Assembly (NCBI GenBank): GCA_963716725.1
Contig: CAVQUB010000005.1
Coordinates: forward strand, 352,001 to 416,000
DNA: 64,000 nucleotides
Source: an uncultured delta proteobacterium
GTDB lineage: Bacteria; Myxococcota_A; Polyangia; Polyangiales; Polyangiaceae
Direction of reading: 5' to 3'
The notes under the pieces were generated by a model that was given only the letters and a program-made list of their open reading frames with translations, was not told where the DNA came from and made no database searches. A program made the position numbers and the translations under genes. Shown here piece by piece: positions 61,030 to 64,000 of this stretch. Numbering within the stretch: the first letter of the stretch is position 1; each line of letters begins with the position of its first letter.

Positions 61030-62117
61030 GACGACCCCAGCTTGGTGTTCGAGCAGATGCGCCCTCCGCCGAGCACCCGATCGCCGCGGTAGAAGACCGC
61101 GAATTGGCCCGGCACCACCGCGCGGACCGGGGCTTCGAAGGCGACCTCGGCGCCACCCCCGGGTCGCGGGCGGATTTCGGCCGGGTGGGCCGCGCCGCGG
61201 TAGCGCACGGCGACGCTGGCGCGGAGCGGCAAGCGCACATCTGCCGCCAAGCTGAGCTCGTCCAGCTCGGCGAGCCGCGAGTCGAGCGCCTCGCGCGAAC
61301 CGAGGCGCACGGTGGACGACGGGGCATCGATGTCGACCACGAACGCGCGCTCACCCAGCGCGACGCCCAGGTTCCTGCGCTGCCCGAGGGTGAAGCGATG
61401 AACCCCCTCGTGCGAGCCGACCACACGGCCTTCCGCATCGACGATGGCTCCAGGGCGAATTCGGTCGCTGGCGCGAGCGCTCACCAGCTCATCGTAGCGG
61501 CCCGTCGGCACGAAGCACAGCTCTTGGCTCTCACCCTTGCCCGCGCCGGGCAGGCCGAGGCGCTCCGCCTCGCTCCGGACCTCCTGCTTTTCGCGGTCAC
61601 CCAGGGGAAAACAGAGCCGGCTCAGCTGCTCTCTATCGAGCATGTGCAGGAAGTAGCTCTGGTCCTTCGATGCATCGCGGGCACGATACAGCCCCAGCAC
61701 GCCGTCTTCGTCCCGAATCCTGGCGTAGTGTCCTGTGGCAACGCGCTCCGCTCCGAGCTCGTCCGCAAGATGAAGGAGCTCCTTCATCTTGACTCCGCGG
61801 TTGCAGCGCACGCAGGGGCTCGGCGTCTCGCCGTCGAGGTAGCTCTGGACGAAGGGGGCGACGATCTCTCGCTCGAACTCCCGCCGGCGATCGAAGGCGT
61901 AGTGCGGGATGCCCAGCACGTCGGCCACCCGGCGGGCGTCGTGAACGTCTTCCGGCGCGCAGCACCGACCGCGCACGGTGCCGTCGTCGGGCGTGTCCCA
62001 GAGATGGAGGGTGACGCCGATGACTTCGTAGCCGTCCGCGACCAGACGCGCCGCCGCCACCGAGGAATCGACTCCTCCACTCATGGCGATCAGGACCCGG
62101 CCCGGCATGCCCGGCAT
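61026..62117 (-). CDS. mnmA: tRNA 2-thiouridine synthase
   Basis: AMSGGVDSS, PCVRCN, ATGHYA, KDQSYFL, ESQELCF, PGQFAVFY. Confidence 0.97.
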   Translation of the reverse strand: MPGMPGRVLIAMSGGVDSSVAAARLVADGYEVIGVTLHLWDTPDDGTVRGRCCAPEDVHDARRVADVLGIPHYAFDRRREFEREIVAPFVQSYLDGETPSPCVRCNRGVKMKELLHLADELGAERVATGHYARIRDEDGVLGLYRARDASKDQSYFLHMLDREQLSRLCFPLGDREKQEVRSEAERLGLPGAGKGESQELCFVPTGRYDELVSARASDRIRPGAIVDAEGRVVGSHEGVHRFTLGQRRNLGVALGERAFVVDIDAPSSTVRLGSREALDSRLAELDELSLAADVRLPLRASVAVRYRGAAHPAEIRPRPGGGAEVAFEAPVRAVVPGQFAVFYRGDRVLGGGRICSNTKLGSS

Positions 62118-62170
62118 TATGACCCGAAGAATTCAGGAAACTCGGCCTGGGCATGGGCCGATGGGCGCCC

Positions 62171-62494
62171 ATGATCGAAAAGCCGCGCGGAAATCCAGGG
62201 CTCGAAGCTCGAGAAACGCCCCCGGCGGCCCCACGCTCGGGCCGCTCCGGCCATCACGAGCGGGTCGGTGGCCAGTCCTTCGCCGAGGTCCTCGAGCGCC
62301 TCGGCTCGCAGATCGATCGGGGCGAGGCGTTGGTGAAACGCGCCGTGTCGGGCAGCGGCACTCGCGACGCGGGTGATCTGATCGCGCTGCAAGCCGGGAT
62401 TTATCGCTACACCGAGGCCGTCGATCTCGCGGCCAAGCTGGTGGACCGCACCACCGCGGCGGTCAAGACGACGCTGCAAGGTTCCGGTGGTTGA
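62171..62494 (+). CDS. SctI/EscI-like type III secretion inner-rod-like small protein
   Basis: C-terminal DLIALQAGIYRYTEAVDLAAKLVDRTTAAVKTTL. Confidence 0.55.
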   Translation: MIEKPRGNPGLEARETPPAAPRSGRSGHHERVGGQSFAEVLERLGSQIDRGEALVKRAVSGSGTRDAGDLIALQAGIYRYTEAVDLAAKLVDRTTAAVKTTLQGSGG

Positions 62495-62553
62495 GCGCAC
62501 GCCGCCAAGCCGCTTGGTGAGCCGATGCGCGTCGCGACCTGCGATCCGGGCGC

Positions 62554-64000
62554 TCACCGCGCGGCCAGGCTCAGCTCTTTGTGCAAGGGATACAGCGAGC
62601 TCTCTTCGGCTTGCATGCGCGCGGCCAAGGCGTCGAGCACGTCCGCCCACTCGGCGCCGGCCTCTGCCATGTCGCTCACGTCGCCGTGCCGCTGGAAGAA
62701 GCCGCTCAGCACCTCGCCGATGTCGGCCATGCCCGCGGCGAACTCGTCGACCAGCGCGACCATGTCGCTGTCGCCACCGCGCTCGGCCAAGACCCGCAGC
62801 TCGGGGTAGAGCCGCGCGTCTTCCTGCTCGATGTGCGTGGCCAGCGTCTCGCGCAGGCGCTTCATCAGGGCCTTGGCCTGTGCCGCATCGCCGGCATCGA
62901 GCGCGACGCCGATTTGCTTGGCCGTGAGCTTGAGCGTGAGGTGGTGGCCTTTCAAAGTCGAGATCAGCGTGAGCGATGAGCGCGAGTCGATGGTGCTGCG
63001 CTCGAAGCTGCGGGACTTGCTGCTGCTCGTCTTGGGCGAAGAGCCGCCCACGCGGCTGGGCTCGGAGTCTTCTTTGGTGAAGGCCGCGGGCACGTGGCGG
63101 GTCGGGTCATCGGAGAACGCCGGCCCGGCCACCGTCGCTGTGGGCGAGCTCGGCCCAACCACGGTCAGGGGCGAGACCTCCAGCGTACGCTGGATGCGGG
63201 CGAGCGAGCGCAGCCCGCGGTCGCTGGCCAGGGGGCCGAGCGCCCGGCCGAGGTCCCCAACGTCGCGGTAGCGGAGCTTGGGAGCTTTCTCCAGGCAGCG
63301 CTGGATCACCGGCAGGAGCTCGCGGGGCACGCGCTGCCCTTGCTCACTGCCGTCGGGAACGGGCGCGTTCACGATCTGCATGACGAGCGCCGGCAGGGTC
63401 TTGGCGTCGTACGGGCGACGCCCAACCACCATCTGATAGAGGATGATCCCGAGGGACCAGATGTCGGAGCGACCATCGACCTCCGAGGCGTTGGCGATCT
63501 GCTCGGGCGACATGTACGCGGGCGACCCCATCAGCTCGTGGGCGGCGGTGAGCGCTGGCTCCATGCCCTCGGTGCGCAGCTTGCTGATGCCGAAGTCCAA
63601 GATCTTGATCGCGTCTTCGCCATCGGGCCCGCGCACCAAGAACAGGTTTGCCGGCTTCAAGTCGCGGTGGATCATGCCCAGAGTGTGCGCTTCAGCTAGG
63701 GCTTCACAGGCCTGAAGCAGGAGGTCCGCGGCCTCGCGCACCCCGAGTGGGCCGCGGGTCTGAATGCGGGCCTGCAGGTCGTCCCCCTCGAGCAGCTCCA
63801 TCACGAGGTAAGGCGCTCCATCGGGGAGCGAATCGACATCGAAGATCCGCGCGACCCGGTCGCTCTTGATCTTCACCGCGGAGCGGCCTTCGCGCAGGAA
63901 GCGCACCACCATGTCGGGGCGCTTGCACTGCTCCGCGAGCAGGAACTTCACCGCCACCACGTCGTCGAGGTGGATGCGTCGCGCGGCCACCACCACGCCC
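62554..64000 (-). CDS. Cytoplasmic Ser/Thr kinase with C-terminal hemerythrin-like domain (5' end outside the window)
   Basis: VAVK, HRDLKPAN, DFGISK, GSPAYMSPE; then LKGHH, THIEQED..LYP, RMQAEE..LYP. Confidence 0.9.
   Translation of the reverse strand, partial: GVVVAARRIHLDDVVAVKFLLAEQCKRPDMVVRFLREGRSAVKIKSDRVARIFDVDSLPDGAPYLVMELLEGDDLQARIQTRGPLGVREAADLLLQACEALAEAHTLGMIHRDLKPANLFLVRGPDGEDAIKILDFGISKLRTEGMEPALTAAHELMGSPAYMSPEQIANASEVDGRSDIWSLGIILYQMVVGRRPYDAKTLPALVMQIVNAPVPDGSEQGQRVPRELLPVIQRCLEKAPKLRYRDVGDLGRALGPLASDRGLRSLARIQRTLEVSPLTVVGPSSPTATVAGPAFSDDPTRHVPAAFTKEDSEPSRVGGSSPKTSSSKSRSFERSTIDSRSSLTLISTLKGHHLTLKLTAKQIGVALDAGDAAQAKALMKRLRETLATHIEQEDARLYPELRVLAERGGDSDMVALVDEFAAGMADIGEVLSGFFQRHGDVSDMAEAGAEWADVLDALAARMQAEESSLYPLHKELSLAAR

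Noticed and set aside
55987..61092. Long + strand ORFs (876 aa, 717 aa) and similar shadows such as 6022..8145 and 52387..54090
   Set aside because: They are antisense to well-supported genes, an expected artefact of high GC3, and have no recognisable motifs.

Overview
High-GC window whose gene content suggests Myxococcota, probably Polyangiales. This is inferred from three Hanks-type Ser/Thr kinases, many Gly/Cys-rich lipoproteins, an NtrC-type activator and an OmpA/MotB lipoprotein. Core genes include trmO, an ABC1/UbiB kinase, aat, cysD-cysNC, a full Pho cluster (phoU-pstBACS-porin, phoR-phoB, with three sets of 11-bp-spaced Pho boxes), an ECF sigma/anti-sigma pair, lolC/E, a CCA-type nucleotidyltransferase, ftsH, tilS and mnmA. 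Three things stand out. (1) An accessory region at ~22.1-26.9 kb looks like a decayed integron-type cassette cluster with no integrase in the window. It has one clear attC site and defence-like cargo: a small HEPN-motif protein next to a diadenylate-cyclase-domain protein, and a second HEPN-motif protein. (2) Within that region, a ~2.1-kb DUF559 endonuclease segment is bounded by a 24-bp direct repeat that duplicates the 3' end of phoU. (3) A local sigma-54 regulon can be read from the sequence: two -24/-12 promoters, both 14 nt from their start codons, share a TGTCTCA-N3-TGAGACA-type palindrome beside the activator gene and drive Cys-rich surface lipoproteins. At least seven genes, including lolC/E, carry frameshifts, most likely from assembly indels. 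No rRNA, tRNA or CRISPR array was recognised. All annotations come from reading motifs by eye; no searches were run.
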